Positions 13,270 through 27,769 of a DNA stretch of 64,000 bases are shown piece after piece. A model generated the notes under the pieces. That model saw only the letters and a list, made by a program, of their open reading frames with translations, was not told the DNA's origin and did not search any database. The stretch comes from Camelus ferus (Eukaryota): contig NC_045696.1 of the NCBI RefSeq assembly GCF_009834535.1, forward strand, positions 95,854,001-95,918,000. The letters run 5' to 3'. Both the position numbers and the translations under genes were made by a program. Positions within the stretch are counted from its first letter, which is position 1, and every line of letters starts with the position of its first letter.

Positions 13270-13800
13270 TATTAAGGAAGACTTAAGAATTCCCATTGCT
13301 AATATGAGTTTAAGTTAGTACAATATTTTTGGAGAAAATGATTGCATCAAGATGTTGACAAATATTTTTATTTTTGATCCAGTAATAAATTAGGCTTTTA
13401 TATACAAAGAAAACTATTTTGTGTGTAATGTTCATCATAGCCATATTTATGAGATAGGAGAATTATTATTGAACTGTTTCCAATTCTCCTAACAGTTCAA
13501 TAATAGGGGAATGCAAAAGCAAAATATGGTACAGCTATGTGATATAGTACTACATAGCCACTAAAAAAATACTTCAAAGAATGTTTAGTAATGCGGAAAA
13601 ATATTTAGATTAAATGTTAAGTGAAAATAGTTAGGATGAAAATATCTTTACAGAATCTCAGTGATAAAAATATGCATAAAAAAAGCGCAGAAAAATGTTA
13701 GTGTTAATAATGGTTACCTTTGATGAAAAGAAATCCATGTGATCATTTTTCTTCTTTCCAACATAAATGCTTTTATATAATTAATATATACTAACTATAA
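13270..13800 (+). mobile_element. L1ME-like 3' end remnant
   Basis: Decayed ORF2-end/3'UTR motifs (ATGTTCATCATAGC, AAATATGGTACA, AATGTTAAGTGAAAA). Confidence 0.5.
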
Positions 13801-15360
13801 AGAAACACACACATACACAGGATTTTAAGGAAAACAAATGACATGAAAAATAACCTGCTAAATGAAAAAAACAGACATAGTACTTTTTAAAATTAAATTT
13901 GCTTGACTGTTTATTGGCTGACTTGTTACTTGATGTCCAGGGATTTTTTTTTCCAAGTTAATCTCCTTAACTTTATGCTCAAAGTGACCTTTAGCTTATA
14001 ATTCTGAGACCATAGGAAATAAACTTTCTTTACCACATATGACCATTAAAGGAATGTGCACAATTCTTAGGCATAATTCCAGAAATGATTACTAAAATTT
14101 AAAATGTATTTTAGGCAGAATTCCATTATTCAGTAATCACATGCAATTAAAAAAAATCTAATCCAAATGTTACTGATTCATTGACACTTACATCATCAAA
14201 TAACTGAATTCACTTTTAAGGGAGATTTAGTAATTTAGAAGCATTTAAGTATATTTCATGAGCTTATATTTTCTTCAGTATTATTGTAATATCTCAAATT
14301 AACACTCTGCATGCTGTCTCATGATTACAAAGAATTTAATTTATGGCTGAGTAATCCCCGCTCAAAACATAGTTTTCATTATTCAATCTTGATTATCTCA
14401 ATGAAAAAGGAAAGGCAAAGATCAAAGTACAAAAAGAGTTGAAATACTACACTGTTATATTGGTTGATTTATATTATAAAAGATAAATATACAGCAACTG
14501 CATTTTGCTCAGTCACTCAGCTTGAAAGAGGCACAGCTTTTTCTTTTTTTATTGAGGCTACCAATATTTTGATAAACGAAGATGTACCCAAAGAAGTCTA
14601 TAAAAACTGAATTTTATTTAAATGTTTACACTTAACATAAAAATTTATAGTATGATATAATTGTACTATTCTAAATATACTTAGGAGATTTATAAAAACA
14701 TTTATTCAACATATGAGAAGTGTAGTATGGTCCATATGGACACAAACATGATGAAGGTCATCTTCTTTTACACTGTCAGAATATCTCTAGAACTACATGT
14801 AAAATTTAATTACATGTAAACCTTTAACTCAGGGTACCTGGCTCCAAGGAAGTTGCACTTTTCACCCATGGTGCAGAAGACTTTCAGGCAGTAAAGCTTC
14901 CTGACCAACACAGACATTGAAAGCAGTACTCAGACTCTTTTAATCAGCTAGTTTAATAGCTGGAAAGGCAATAAGTACTACAGGATCCAAGGCTTCCAAG
15001 AAGACAAGGTGAAGAGACCATAGAATAATGTGATAAGAAAGTAATTGAAGTAGACTGAAATAGAGGTCTTGGCACCTTCCAAGACCAGTGGAGCTCCAGG
15101 AAATGCCAAAGAATGACCCTACACATAAAGGCTTAGGCAGGGTTCCATAAATTTAAATAAAGAAGAAAGCATCAAGAGATACAGGAGAATTTGGTGGACT
15201 TCTCACATCTCAGTTCAGATGTTGCCCCTTCAAGGGGGTCTTCCTTTGCCAAAAACATTACAGAGGTACAGAGGTAACAGATACATCATAAAACCAAATA
15301 AATAATACAAGTGACCATTTCAGTTGCATGAGAAAAGCCTGAATCATACAGCATGAATAC

Positions 15361-15522
15361 GTTGCTATTCAAAATGTGGATTTTAGACCAAGATGGACAT
15401 AACCTGGGAGATTATAGATTCCAGATTACAGGCCATCCCAGTCCTCCTGTATAAGATTATGCAGTTTTAACAAGAACACCAATTAATTCATAGACACACT
15501 AATGTTTGAGAAATGCTCTGCT
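15361..15522. mobile_element. MER5A-like hAT-Charlie MITE
   Basis: ACCTGGGAG...CAGATTACAGGCCATCCCAG...TTTTAACAAG...GTTTGAGAAATGCTCTG. Confidence 0.6.
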
Positions 15523-15789
15523 AGAGAGATACTCCTTCACCTTATTTAATGCATAGATATATGGAATCATATAGTTAAAAGCTAAGGAATATTTTAGTCT
15601 CAAAAGTTTTGAGCAAGGTGATCAATATTTTGTTTCCTTAAGCTATAATTTACAGGAGTCTAACAATATTTCATTATTCAAGTTACTAAATCTATAGATA
15701 TAAAACTATAGAGAAGCTTTGTATTTATTGAAATTCTTGGGTAAGCGTAACATATGCTAAATGTGGTAGAAAGTATTAAAAGAAAGAAG

Positions 15790-17700
15790 TTCAATAGCCT
15801 CAAAAACATGATTACTGTGATCAGAAGACTATAGGCACCCAGAAAAAAATTCTATATAAATAGATATAAATATATAGAAAGAGGAGTAAATATACTCAAA
15901 CATTTGAAGATAAGAAAGCTACCTTGAATCAGAAATAGAAAAAGATATAGGGGAAAAAAGAGGGAGAAATAAAAGAGTTGCTTGAACTAAGGGAAGATAT
16001 GGAAGAAAAAGACAATTATCTCAGAAATGAAGAATATAAGATGCTTAAGGCAGAATCATGTCAAATGAAAATGTAATAAAGGTCATTGAAGAAAGGCAGG
16101 AAAATGACCAAGAGGGTGAAAATGACATGAAGAAGTAGAAAGAGCCACAGAGAACATATCAGCAGTCACTGAAAAAGCAAGACTGTAGAACAGAAATAAT
16201 ATGTAAAACTATAGTCCAAGACAAAGTTCCAGAAATTAAAAAAAAAAATCACCTAAATCTACACACTGAAAAGTTTCACTGAGTAGCTGGCAAAAAAGAT
16301 GAAGGCATTTTCCTAGTAAAAAATAATTAGATTTCAAAGATAAATATAAAATCCTCAAGATGTCCAAGGAAAAAATTCAAATAGTTTACAAAGTCAAAAT
16401 AATTAGATTGACAGCCTTTTCAAAACCAAATACAGAACAACTATGAGTCAACTTTTATAAAAATATTCAATAAAAGAAAATAGGAAAAAAGGATTTTATG
16501 TCCAAAAATCTGTCCTTCAAATACCAATCATAGTAAAATTATTTCTAACATATAAAAACATAAGAGATTCTGCATTCAGCCCTTCTTGAGTAATTCACAA
16601 GCAAATAAACTTCAAGCAATGATTGGGAAACCTTCATCAAAAAGATCAATAATAAGTATTAAAATATATAAATACACATATAAGACTAAAACAGTATGGG
16701 ATAAAAGTGGAAGACTAATGTACAAATGTTACATACTGTGACATAGTAGAAGTTAAGCAACTGACAAAATAAAGTAGAACAACCAGAAGGAAAAAGGAAA
16801 ACAGAAAAGGCTCATTGCTGTATAGGCAATAGATGAGCATTAAAAAATGATGAAAAAATAGAATAAACCAGTTAGTAAAAGTTTAGATAAGAAAACAGAA
16901 AACTAAATATATTTTTAAAAGGAATAAATACAAAAGTAACTACAAGAACAAAAATCCAAACCTTCCTAAACACACATAATGAGCAAGCAACATAAATAAT
17001 ATACATCTCAAAAAGACACATAGCATACTATAATATATGCATAAATACTAAAAAAAAATGTATAATTACAAAATATGACAATTGAAATCAAACATATCAG
17101 TCATATCAATAAATGTGAATGGATTTAACTCACTTATTTTTTAAAAATTTCATTTTGACTCACAAAACAAGACCCAAATATACACTGTATACAAGAGACA
17201 ACTCTAATCAAAGTAACTCAGAGAGGCTAACAAATAGAAATGGACTTCTGCTTCCAGGAAGGTGGGAGAGACACACTTTTTTCTATTTCTCCCATTAAGT
17301 ACAACTAAAAGTTCTGAACATTATGTATAAAAGAGAAGTAAGAAGTCTCTGAAAGGTGGAAAGAAGGCAGACCAGCTAGGGAGCTCTGGACCTAAGGAAC
17401 AAATGGTGGTGCATTCCTTGGGTTTTCTTTTTTGGCTCATAAATCCCAGACTTGGATCTGAAAAAACAGCAGCCTAGGAAATCCAAGGAGCATAGACAAA
17501 AACACACAAAAAAACTGCTCTCTCTAGCAAAGGACTAGAAAAGGGGCAGCTTAGCAAGACATAAATGAATAGATAATAACTACTCTATTCCAGTCAAACA
17601 AAACAGGAAAAAAAAAAAAGCGTGTCTCACCCCAACCCATGCCAAAAAAGGGCAAATGGAAGCCTAGACTTCCACCATCACGTGCTTTTCCACACACAAC
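15790..17700 (+). mobile_element. Old L1 ORF1/ORF2-start remnants plus an L1M 5' end fragment (17243-17700)
   Basis: A-rich ORF1-like sequence. ATAAATGTGAATGGATTTAACTCAC (LNVNGLN-like start of the ORF2 endonuclease) at ~17109. ACTTCTGCTTCCAGGAAG 5'-end motif. Confidence 0.6.
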
Positions 17701-18486
17701 AAAGACTATAAAATAAATCAATAGCAATTAACCTGTCATACATAATACGACTCACTCTTGGTGTTTCCTTTTTGTCAATACTGTCTGCTGTTGAGCCTCC
17801 ACTTTTCTGGACCTCTTGTCTATTTGTCCCTCTGTCCACCTCGTGAAGTTGACCTTTGCTTTAGATCTGTGGGATGTAACAGCTAGTCAGTTTTGGACCC
17901 TGCTCTTCAGACTGACCTTGATGCCCTCCACATTCCAAAATTACACACAAAATTATGTAAAGTCTCTAAATGGGCTTTAGCTTTTTATTTCCCAATTGTT
18001 TTTAAAGTTGTTGAAACAATACCATTTTTAATAGACTGCTTGTTGAAAGGAGGGAAAAAAAACATGGAAAAGAAATAAAAGCTAATATTCAACACATGTT
18101 AAAAACCACCACCACTAAATATTTGAGAGTTATTTGCTTATGTAAGGGGAAACTTCACCTAAGCTACTGCAGATAATTTTCAAATGATACTACATAATAT
18201 TACCCAAAATTGGGAATTGGAATAAAAATGCTTATTTTCTGATCATGTGAGATTTCTCAGAAATCCAGATATAGTATAATGTCTCTTCAGGAAAGATTGT
18301 ATTAAAAGATATTTTTAAAGTTCTCAAAAAAAAAATCAAAGTCATATTTTACATCTAATAAAATAAAGTATTTCTTGAATTTGAAACACAATGTTATATT
18401 TGTATTATCTGCTCAACTGTGAGATGACTTCTGGATAATAGCTTCATGAAAAGATAAAAATCATTGGTTTATCTTTTCTTCAATAG

Positions 18487-19365
18487 GACACCATAGGCAC
18501 AGGCCACAAGAGAAAGAAACAAATTGGACCTCATGAAAATTTTAAAATTTGTGCACCAAAAGACAATATCAACAGAGTAAAAGGGCAGTCCACAGAATGG
18601 GAGAAAATATTTGGAAATTACATATCTGATAAGAGATTAATATCCAGAATATATAGAGAATTCCTGTAATTCAAAACTTAACAAAAGAACCTTATTCAAA
18701 AATAGGGAAAGGACTTGAATAGACATTTCTCCAGAGAAGATACACAAATGACCAGTAAGCACATGAATAGATGTTCAACATCACTAATTATTAGGGAAAT
18801 GCAAATCAAAACTTTAATGAGATAACCATATTACACCCATTAGGATGGCTACTACAGGACAAAAACAAAACAAAAACAGAAAATATCAAGTGTTGGCAAG
18901 GAGGTGGAGAAACTGGAATCCTGTGTACTCTTGATGGGAATGTAAAATGTTGCAGCTACTGCGGAAAACAGTATGGCAAAAAATAAAAAATAGAATTATA
19001 TGATCCCACAGTTCCACCTCTGGATATATATATACGCAGAAGAATTGAAAGTAGAGTCTCAAAGAACACATACAACCATTTTCATAGCAGCATTATTCAC
19101 AATAGCTAATAGCTATTCACATGGAAGCAACTCAAGAGTCCATAGAGAGATGAATGGATATGCAAAATGTGCATATGCATACAATGGACTGTTATTTGGC
19201 CCTCAAAAAGGAGAAAATTCTGACATGCTACAATGTGGATGAAACTTGAAGACATTGTGCTGAGTTAAATAAGCTAGTCACATACACACACACAAAAACA
19301 TACTGTGGATTCCACTTATATGAGATATGTACAGGACTCAAAAAATCATAGAGACAAAGTATAAA
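18487..19365 (+). mobile_element. L1MB-like ORF2 3' end and 3' UTR
   Basis: AGAATGGGAGAAAATATTTG, AGGGAAATGCAAATCAAAAC, TTCATAGCAGCATTATTCACAATAGC. Confidence 0.9.
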
Positions 19366-19449
19366 GTATCTGTGGGACATTTAATAAGCAGTTAGATGTC
19401 ATTATCAGAGGAGTAGACTGGACTAGAAATAAACTTTAAATAAACTTTA

Positions 19450-20400
19450 AGCTCAGTAGGTCCCCAAATAATTGATTTATCCCTCAATTTATTCTTAGAC
19501 CTATTTTCTCTATCTTGATTTTAGTACCTCATCCAAGTCTATTTTACAAGTTTAAAACTCTTTCTCTTTTCCTTCCCCAAACCTGGTTGATTCCTCATCT
19601 AATTTTACATCAGTAACTTCTCTTCATTTCAGCTCTCACTCAGCCCTAATTATCTCTCCTGAGTTCCTGAAATGCTTCCTCAGGGGGCTTGATGTCTTTC
19701 ATTTCTCCTCCCTTCCCATAGCCTATCCTCCAAACTGCTCCTAGCACTATCTTTTTAAAATACTGGTCTGTTCTTGTTTCTCACCTTGGTGTCATCAATG
19801 ACTTTTCATTACTATCAGGGTAAAAATCTGTATTTCTTAGTATGATACTGTTTACTTTTCCAGACTTATCTCTTACTACCTTCCCCCTTAAGGAGAGGAA
19901 ACTTTTTAATTACCTTTGTTTCTCCTAATACAATGTTCTATAAAAGCAGGCACTTAATAAATGTTTTCCAAGTAAAAGAATAAAGAATGAATGTTTTCCT
20001 TAACAAATAGTATTATTTTGTGCTCCTAAAGTCTTTTGCACAAGTTTAGAAAAACATTACACCCCACACCACACTGCTGCTCTCCACTATCTCTAACATT
20101 TACCTATTTGTCCTTCCATACCCAGTTCAAGTGTCACTTCCTCCAATAGTCTTCACTCACCCCTTCCTTCCGAATAGAGTAAGTCAATTCCTCCTCCCTG
20201 GTACCATTATACTTTATCATGGTGATGCTATTCCATGTAGGAACAAGGGATTATATTTGTTTACATCTATTCTTTCTTAATAGGCTTTATGTTAGTATTT
20301 CAACCAACTCATACATTCCTGAAGTTTGGCATAGAGACTAGCAAGTAGTAACATAGAAGGGGTACAACACATGATTTTTTACAGAATAAAGGAATAAAAA
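19450..20400 (+). mobile_element. L2 remnants
   Basis: Pyrimidine-rich decayed L2 motifs (CACTTAATAAATG, CAGTTCAAGTGTCACTTCCTCC). Confidence 0.5.
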
Positions 20401-21266
20401 TATGAATCAAACTATAAGAAATTTGATACGGGAGATTTACAACATACATCATTATAGTATATCTAGTGCCTATTAGGATATTTGGAAATATTCCAATTAT
20501 TAACATAGGTTTGCTGCACTTTCAAGAAATGAAAAATAATTCCATGATCAATAAACTTCCAAGCCTAGGATTTTTGAAAAATACTCCAAAAACCTAGAAC
20601 TAATTACAATAAGGAGAATGACATCAATAGAAAGAAATAAAAGCAAACAGGAAAAGGAGATATTTCTCTTACCAAAAAAAAAAAAAAAAAAAAAAAAGAC
20701 TAATTTTTTCCAAATGTAGGACTAAAACACATTTTTCAAAGTCAGAAATCTTGGTTATGACTTCTATTGCTTATTTTTCTAAATTTCTTCTCTTCTCATC
20801 TTGGAACTGAAGTGGAAGTCTCATTGTACCATTTTATGGTCTAAATACTAAAATAGCCTGACCAATTTCTAGACCAAACACACTCCGCTAAGCTTTAGAT
20901 CAGGATGCCAGTGCTTGCCCAAAAGTAACTCTAACTGCTCATCCATCACAAATCAGTGGGTAATAAGAAGTATTTAGAATCTGGGTACACATAAGTTTTG
21001 CTCTGAAGAGTCCAAGGTTTGATTTTAAACAGGACACATTCCTTTAATAGTAAGTCAGAATGTTCTTTCAGCAAAGGAGAAAGGGTTATTTGTAGGGTTA
21101 TGAGCAAAAGGAGATAATAGTGTCTGGCGTGTGGTAGGTGGTGGATAAATGTTTGTTAAATAGGTCTGCTGATTATTTGTGATTGAATAAAATTCAATAT
21201 ATCTGTTAATTCCTGTTTACAATCCCTTATATAACAGACAGGATTTGAGAAGAAATCCTTACTCAC

Positions 21267-21325
21267 CAGAGTGCCTTTTCCATAAAGAAAGACTCTGTAG
21301 TAACTCCTTCTCTGACAGATGAACA
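21267..21325 (-). other. Candidate internal exon (59 nt)
   Basis: Weak acceptor tttcatag| and strong donor CTG|gtgagt. Joins the 87-nt candidate in an open frame. Confidence 0.25.
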
Positions 21326-22281
21326 CTATGAAATTATTTTTTATAAGAAGAAATTGTTACATGTGAAAGCTATAAAATGTTACTTGAATTATTAGTAATA
21401 TATAATATATATACACACATATGCATTACATATTTAACTCATAAATTCATCCCTCGATGTCAAGGAGAAAGTGAGAGTTGAGATAATGCTTATAAGGAAG
21501 TAAAACAAAAGTCGGTCCAGAGTTGAAGAAAGAATGTTTTTTGAGGAGACTCCATGGACAAGCAGAGAAGAGAAGACTCGTCTACTGGGAAGGCTCCTAC
21601 AGCTGGAACAGATATGGGAGGCAACTCTGAGTTGAGGAGATCAGACATTGATCACCACCTACAACTCTCAGCCATACCTGCCTTAAGATGAAGCAGCTTT
21701 ATATGGACCCCTTTCACTTCAGAATTCTTGGAGGATCACCCCCTGAAAGGTTCCAGGAAGCCCCTTAGACTTGTCTAGTCATCCTACAGCATTCGTTTTT
21801 CAGTTACCTCTCTAAGAACCCAAAGCCAAAAAGGAGTAATGCATCCATCCCACTATACTGCCTCCTGTCTTCTTTATTCCCATCATGGGGACAATGAGAA
21901 ATCTAAATTATCACTTAAAGCCCCTTCTGTAATTTTTCATTTGTCTATAAATAGCCTTAGAACAAAATGATCTGCCAGAAAGAAAATCTAAGGAAACTTT
22001 AGTAGATATTTGACATCCACATCAGCGAGCCTGCTTATAGCTTTTCAGAGCGTTGGAGCCAAGCTCCAATAAGAATCAAGAATAGCTTTTCCAAAATTTC
22101 CATAAAGGACAAATAACACCCCCTTGGCCTGGACCTGATCACCACTGAATATGGAAACCCTTCTTTTGTTCTTTAATCTGTTGAGTGCTCTTATTCTATG
22201 ATTTACTGAAGGCTTTTGTTCCATAATTTGTTGAGGGCTTACTGAATAAAGGCCAGATGCCAAAATACAAGCTTTACATAC

Positions 22282-22368
22282 GTTTACTGCTCCTGTTTTG
22301 CAGGAAAAATTTTAAATGAAGTTCTTCCATAGTTCTGCAAAAGCTTTTCTTGGTATTTATATTGCTCC
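22282..22368 (-). other. Candidate internal exon (87 nt)
   Basis: Acceptor ctttgtcctatttcattacatag| and donor AAC|gtatgt, in unique DNA. Confidence 0.25.
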
Positions 22369-22974
22369 TATGTAATGAAATAGGACAAAGCATTGTAGGT
22401 GTATTTATTTCACCTTTATGATTGAAGATATTTTTCTTTCTAGCACTACACTAGTTTAACCCATCTTTGGAACATCCACAAACAGATCATACAAATTATC
22501 ACCAGCAGAAATGAAGACTAAAAAGTTAAAGTCAGAAAACAACCGAGGCTTGATCTAAAGTTTATTTTGGTTGTTAACAAGTTTATGTTTCAGTGCCAAG
22601 ATGACTGTGGAGGTTATGGAGGAAAAAAGGAGTAAATGATGGTGTGTGTTTTCATTTTGTTTTTGATCATTTTAATTCTATTCCCCAAATTGTTCCAAAA
22701 GTACATTCTCCCTTTATCTTCAAAACAACTTTCTTTTACGTTCTGTTTATTGTTCCTCCTTGTAGCGTTCATTTTCCATTTCCACCTACAAATGTTTGAG
22801 TTAATAGGGAGAGGAGAAAAATGAGGCTTAGAAAAGTTTAATGATAATAAAATGGATTTCACAGCTATTAAATTAATTTTCTTTTGTCCATGCTAAGGTC
22901 AACTGCAAATGTTATTTGGGTTTTTATGAAGCCAATTGTATTAGTCATAAGAAAAATTACCGAATAAAAATAAT

Positions 22975-25136
22975 GTGGCATCATCAAAATGGCTATATAG
23001 GAATTTTCTACTATCTTCCTCCCCAAGGAAAATAGATTTTTGACACTCATCCACAAATGAGAGAGCCTTTGTGGGTTTTCAAAGTTTAGCAGAGAAGATC
23101 CAGCATATCAATGGAACAAAAAAGTCTAAGGTTGGACACATTGAAGAGGGTAAGAGGAACAGTTTTACCTTACCTGTGTCACTTCCCCCAGGGTGACACA
23201 ACTCAATGCCAAGAGAGACCTTCTCAGCCCATGATTTCTGCCACAGCGGAAACTGAGAACATGTGAATAAGCACCTAATTTCCCCAGCTGTGTTGATCAT
23301 TGCCATTTCTTTCTTGCCCCACCCACAATACTGAGTCATGAACTGCACAACTAGGGGTCAGTGAGCTGCTGGGAGAATAGCAGCTTGGGCTACGAATGAA
23401 ACATATCAAAGAAATGCAGATCCTACTAACTGCTTTGCAGACTCCAACAGGAAGTCCACCCATGAGCCTCTGGGGTTGCCTCACCTGCACATCACCCCAT
23501 CTGGCCCATGGGCTTCTCCAACACTTCACCCCTCCACACACCCCATGGCCAGCTTCCTCTGTGTGCTCCTAACAGCAGTAAGAGCAAGCCTTTGCAGACA
23601 GCTAGTGAATGTGTTCAGAAAGAGGCTCACCTCTGCAGGTTTAGGGAAGAATACACAAACGTGAGCATTTAGCACCAGCCTAGGGAAAGCAAGCAAGAGA
23701 CTATGAGCACCTGGCCTGGCTTTGCAGGACCCAGAGAAGGCATACAATTTTGAGAATTCCTCCTCAAGAAGGCACAAGAAATATAAAGTGGACATATTCA
23801 TGTAAAAGATCTGAGAAAGCCTCAGAATCTTTAATAGGGAAGTAAAAAAGTAAAATTTTTATATGAGATCAAAAATAAGTTGCTATCAACCTACAATAGA
23901 CTGTTTTATCTATAAGATGTTTTATGTAAGCCTCACGGTAACCAAAAAGCAAAAACCTGCAGCAGATACTCAAAAGATAAAGGTTAGAGAATCAAAGCAT
24001 ACTGTTACAGAAAATCATGAAGTTACAAAAGACAGCAAGAGAAGAAGAAACAAGGTGACTACTAACAGTCAAAAATAATTAATAAAATGCCATTAGTAAG
24101 TAAATGGGTTAAACTGTCTAATCAAAAGGTACAGAGTGGCTAAATGGATTAAAAAAATAAGACACAACTATATTCTGCTTGTAATAGACTCATTTCTGTT
24201 TTAAGGACACACAGTTTCAAAGTGGGAGAATGAAAAATAGTATTTCATGCAAATAGAAACCAAAGAAAACAGGGGTAGCCAGTCTTATATCAGACAAAAT
24301 AGATTTTAAGTCAAAAATTGTAACAAGAGACAAAAAAGGTCATTATATAATGATAAAGGGGTCAATTTATAATGAGAATATAACAATTCAAAATATATAT
24401 GCACCCAACATTGGAACACCTAAATATATTAAGCAAATAGTAACAGATCTGAAGGGAGAAACAGACAGTAATAGTAGGGGACTTCAATACCTGACTTCTA
24501 GCAACAGACAGATTATCCAGACAGAAAATTAATAAGGAAGAACACTGTAAAAATTCTCAAATATGTAGAAATTAAACAACATACTGTTGATCAACCAATG
24601 TATCAAAGAACTCAAAGGGAAATTAAAAAATATCTTGAAACAAATGAAAATAGCATACCAAAACTTATGGGAAGCAGGGAAAAAAACGGTTCTAAGAGGG
24701 AAGTCTATAGTGATAATCATCTTCATTAAGAAAAAAGAAAGACTTCAAAAAACAGGAAAACCTACTAATTAAAGAGAAGGAAAATAACAAAGATCAGAGC
24801 ATAAATAAATGAAATGGAGACTAGAAAAATAACAAAATATCAACAAAACTAAGCTGATTTTTTTAGAAGGTGAATAAAATTGACAGACATTTAGCTAAAC
24901 TAAAAAAGAGGGAGAAAAGTATTATATACTTGAAAGTTGCTAAGAGAATAGATCTTAAATGTCTTTATCACACACACATACACACACAAGAAGGTAATTA
25001 TGGAAGGTTATGGATGTGTTAACTAAGATTATTGTGGTAATCACAGTATGTAGGTGTGTCAAGTCATCACATTGTACACCTTAAACTTACACAATGTTGT
25101 ATGTCAATTATATCTCAGTAAAGTTGGGGAAAAAAA
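22975..25136 (+). mobile_element. Internally deleted L1 (L1MA9-like): 5' UTR, endonuclease region and 3' end
   Basis: 5' UTR at 22975-23830. ORF2 EN fragment [29 protein letters not shown] (24350). 3' UTR TTGAAAGTTGCTAAGAGAATAGATCTTAAATG...TCAATTATATCTCAGTAAAGTTGGGG followed by an A tail. Confidence 0.85.
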
Positions 25137-27339
25137 GAAATGCATTTTTTTTCACTAAAAGACTCAATTACTTGTGAGAAAAATTTTGCCCTTTCAAATT
25201 AATTAAAGGCAAATAGGATTTTAAAAATAATAGTTTCTACAAGGGGAAGGGTACACTAGATGTCTCTGTACTATCTTTGCAATTTCCTATGAATATTTCA
25301 AAATAAAAAGTTAAAAATATATAATAAAGATAGAGAAAGCAAAATAATCTTTGTTGAATTTAATAATGGGTATAGGTGTTCATTGTGTTATTTTTAATCA
25401 TCTATGTTTGGAAATTTTCATAATACAATTTGACCAAGAAGAAGAAGAAAACATTTATTAAGAAGTCAAAAATAATTACTCAACTCTGGAATTCACTAAT
25501 TTTAATTGTGTTTACATACATTTTCTGTTTTAAATTGATTTTCATCCATTTAACTTTTACATATATACCATGTTTTTTCAAATGGATGATTATGGAGTAT
25601 TAATACTCTAAGAAAAAAATGAAAGAAAAATTAAGAAAGAAGAGAAGCACACATAAGAAGTCAATTTGATTCTTCAAAATTTACTTGAAAATGGCTTTCT
25701 CGGGGCTGTTTTATGAAGTGAATTTCCTACTTATCCCCTTCCTATGTGTAATTTTCAGGGCTTGATCCCACTTTTTTTTTTTTTTTTTTTAATACCACTT
25801 TCAGGGCTCAGAACACTAAATCCAAGTTGATTTAGTTTGGCTTTAGTTAGAAATTTCAAGCTAAAGTGGTTAGCATCCTGCTGAGCTTTCTTTTTTTCTT
25901 TCTTGGTCTCTACTTTCCTGCCCCTCCTTCTAAGGATGACATACGACTCTGATCCTTAATAATTAGAAAAAGAGTTGACTTTCATTTGTTTCTTAAAACG
26001 ATACTTTGAGGATAACGACAAAGTAACCCAGGACTGGGTGGTTTTAGAGAAAGGCAGTATGAATGTTACGTTACTCAGCAAAGTATTCCAAGGTTGTATC
26101 AGTACATTTAGGGGCCTGACATAGAGGCTCTCTAGGACTTTTCAAATGACACTAAAGTGCTTTAAGAACCTAAAACACCTGAGCTGTGTGCACCAATCTC
26201 ACTCTTTACACAGAAGACTGAAAAAGAAAGCTTCTGAGACTGGAAATCAAAAGACAGAGATAAAAAAACACTCAAGAGAGTCTGGAAACAGTTTTCCTGT
26301 ATCTTTGTAAATAAGGCATGCTTGAAAAAACCCAGATTAACTTCAGCCCTCTTTGGTCTAACCTCCCTCAATATCCAAGAAAAAGTCACTCAACCCAAAA
26401 CACAAAAGACCTGCTTCACTTTGACAAAATTGCTCATCTCCCATATGCAAATAATATTTTCCAAAACATCACTGTGAAAGGATAATATATCTCAAGGAAA
26501 ATAAAAATCATTAACATTTCGAGACAGTACAACAGGACTATCCCAGGAATGCAAAATACATGTGTGTTTATTTTCTGTGGGTCTCTCTTAGTTTTGCCTT
26601 CCTGTTTTCAGTAGTTTGTTCTTTGAGACATGTTACTAAGGATTCAAGAATATATTCCTGACTTCTGGCCTGAGTTAAAAATCCTGAGTGCCCTGAAGTT
26701 ACTCTTTTTATAGCATCTTATATAGAATTGCAAATGTACTTGTCAGTCTCTCCCCTTGAAAGTAAGAGTAATAATTTTTCAGGACTTTAGGGAAAATAGG
26801 TACAGATACCAGAACATTTATTCCTTGAATGGGGAATTGTGCAGTTGATCAAAAAAATTTTGTGTAAAGAGAATTTTTTAAAAAGATGTTCTATTACAGC
26901 AGAACCTATACCAAAGCCAGTTGAGTAACCTGGATTTCCTTTTCCTTTTCACAGAAAATTTGCTTGTCAATTAAAAAACTACACCATAATCATTATTATA
27001 AAAAAGTGAAAACAAATTCTCAGAACATAAAACCAATGTATTAATGAAAAACAAACTCTGAGGAAGAGAAAGTTAACAGATATATGTGCCCTAGCCCTCA
27101 TTTATATACATACTTCCAGGTTACAATATCAGTCTTTCCCTTTTACCAGAGGGAGGAAGGAAGGAAGCAAGGAATTAAGAAAGAAAGAAGGAAAGAAAGA
27201 ACTGTTGTGATTGTAATTCAGAATTTTGTGCACACATTCAATGTTCAGAGAACCGTAGATTCTCTATTTTGCAGCTATCCCTAATATCAACCAGCTGGGA
27301 TTTAGTATTTTTAGGTCATCTTTCTTAGTTTAAAATAAC

Positions 27340-27620
27340 ACATCTTACAAACTCACAGATACAGAGAACAAACTGTTGGTTAACAAAGGCGAGAGGGGTT
27401 GGGGGCCAAAATAGGTGAAGGAGATTAAGAGATAAAAACTACCAGTTATAAAATAAATTGTAAGGATGTAATGTACAGCACAGGGAATATGGTCAGTATT
27501 TTATAATAACTTTGTATAAAGTGTCATCTGTAACAATGTTAAATTACTATACTGTACATCTGAAACTAGATAATACCATAAGTTAGCTTTACTTCAATTT
27601 AAAAAATAGTTTAAAAAAAT
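27340..27620 (+). mobile_element. L1 3' end of laurasiatherian/artiodactyl type
   Basis: AAACTCACAGATACAGAGAACAAACT...GGATGTAATGTACAGCACAGGGAATATGGTCA...TACTTCAATTTAAAAA. Confidence 0.85.
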
Positions 27621-27769
27621 AGTCCTTGTCCTGCGCAGGACTGAGAATTACCTAGAAAACTATATAAAATGCTGATGTTCAGAACCCATCCCAGGATTAC
27701 TGAATCTCCAAAGATAGGAAACAAGAATTTGTATGTATTTTTAAAAAGAAAAAAGAAAACCACAGGGGA

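Noticed and set aside
22614..22862. Hydrophobic 62-aa 'membrane peptide' ORF and its antisense ORF
   Set aside because: T-rich low-complexity DNA yields F/L/I-rich frames by chance, and there is no other support.
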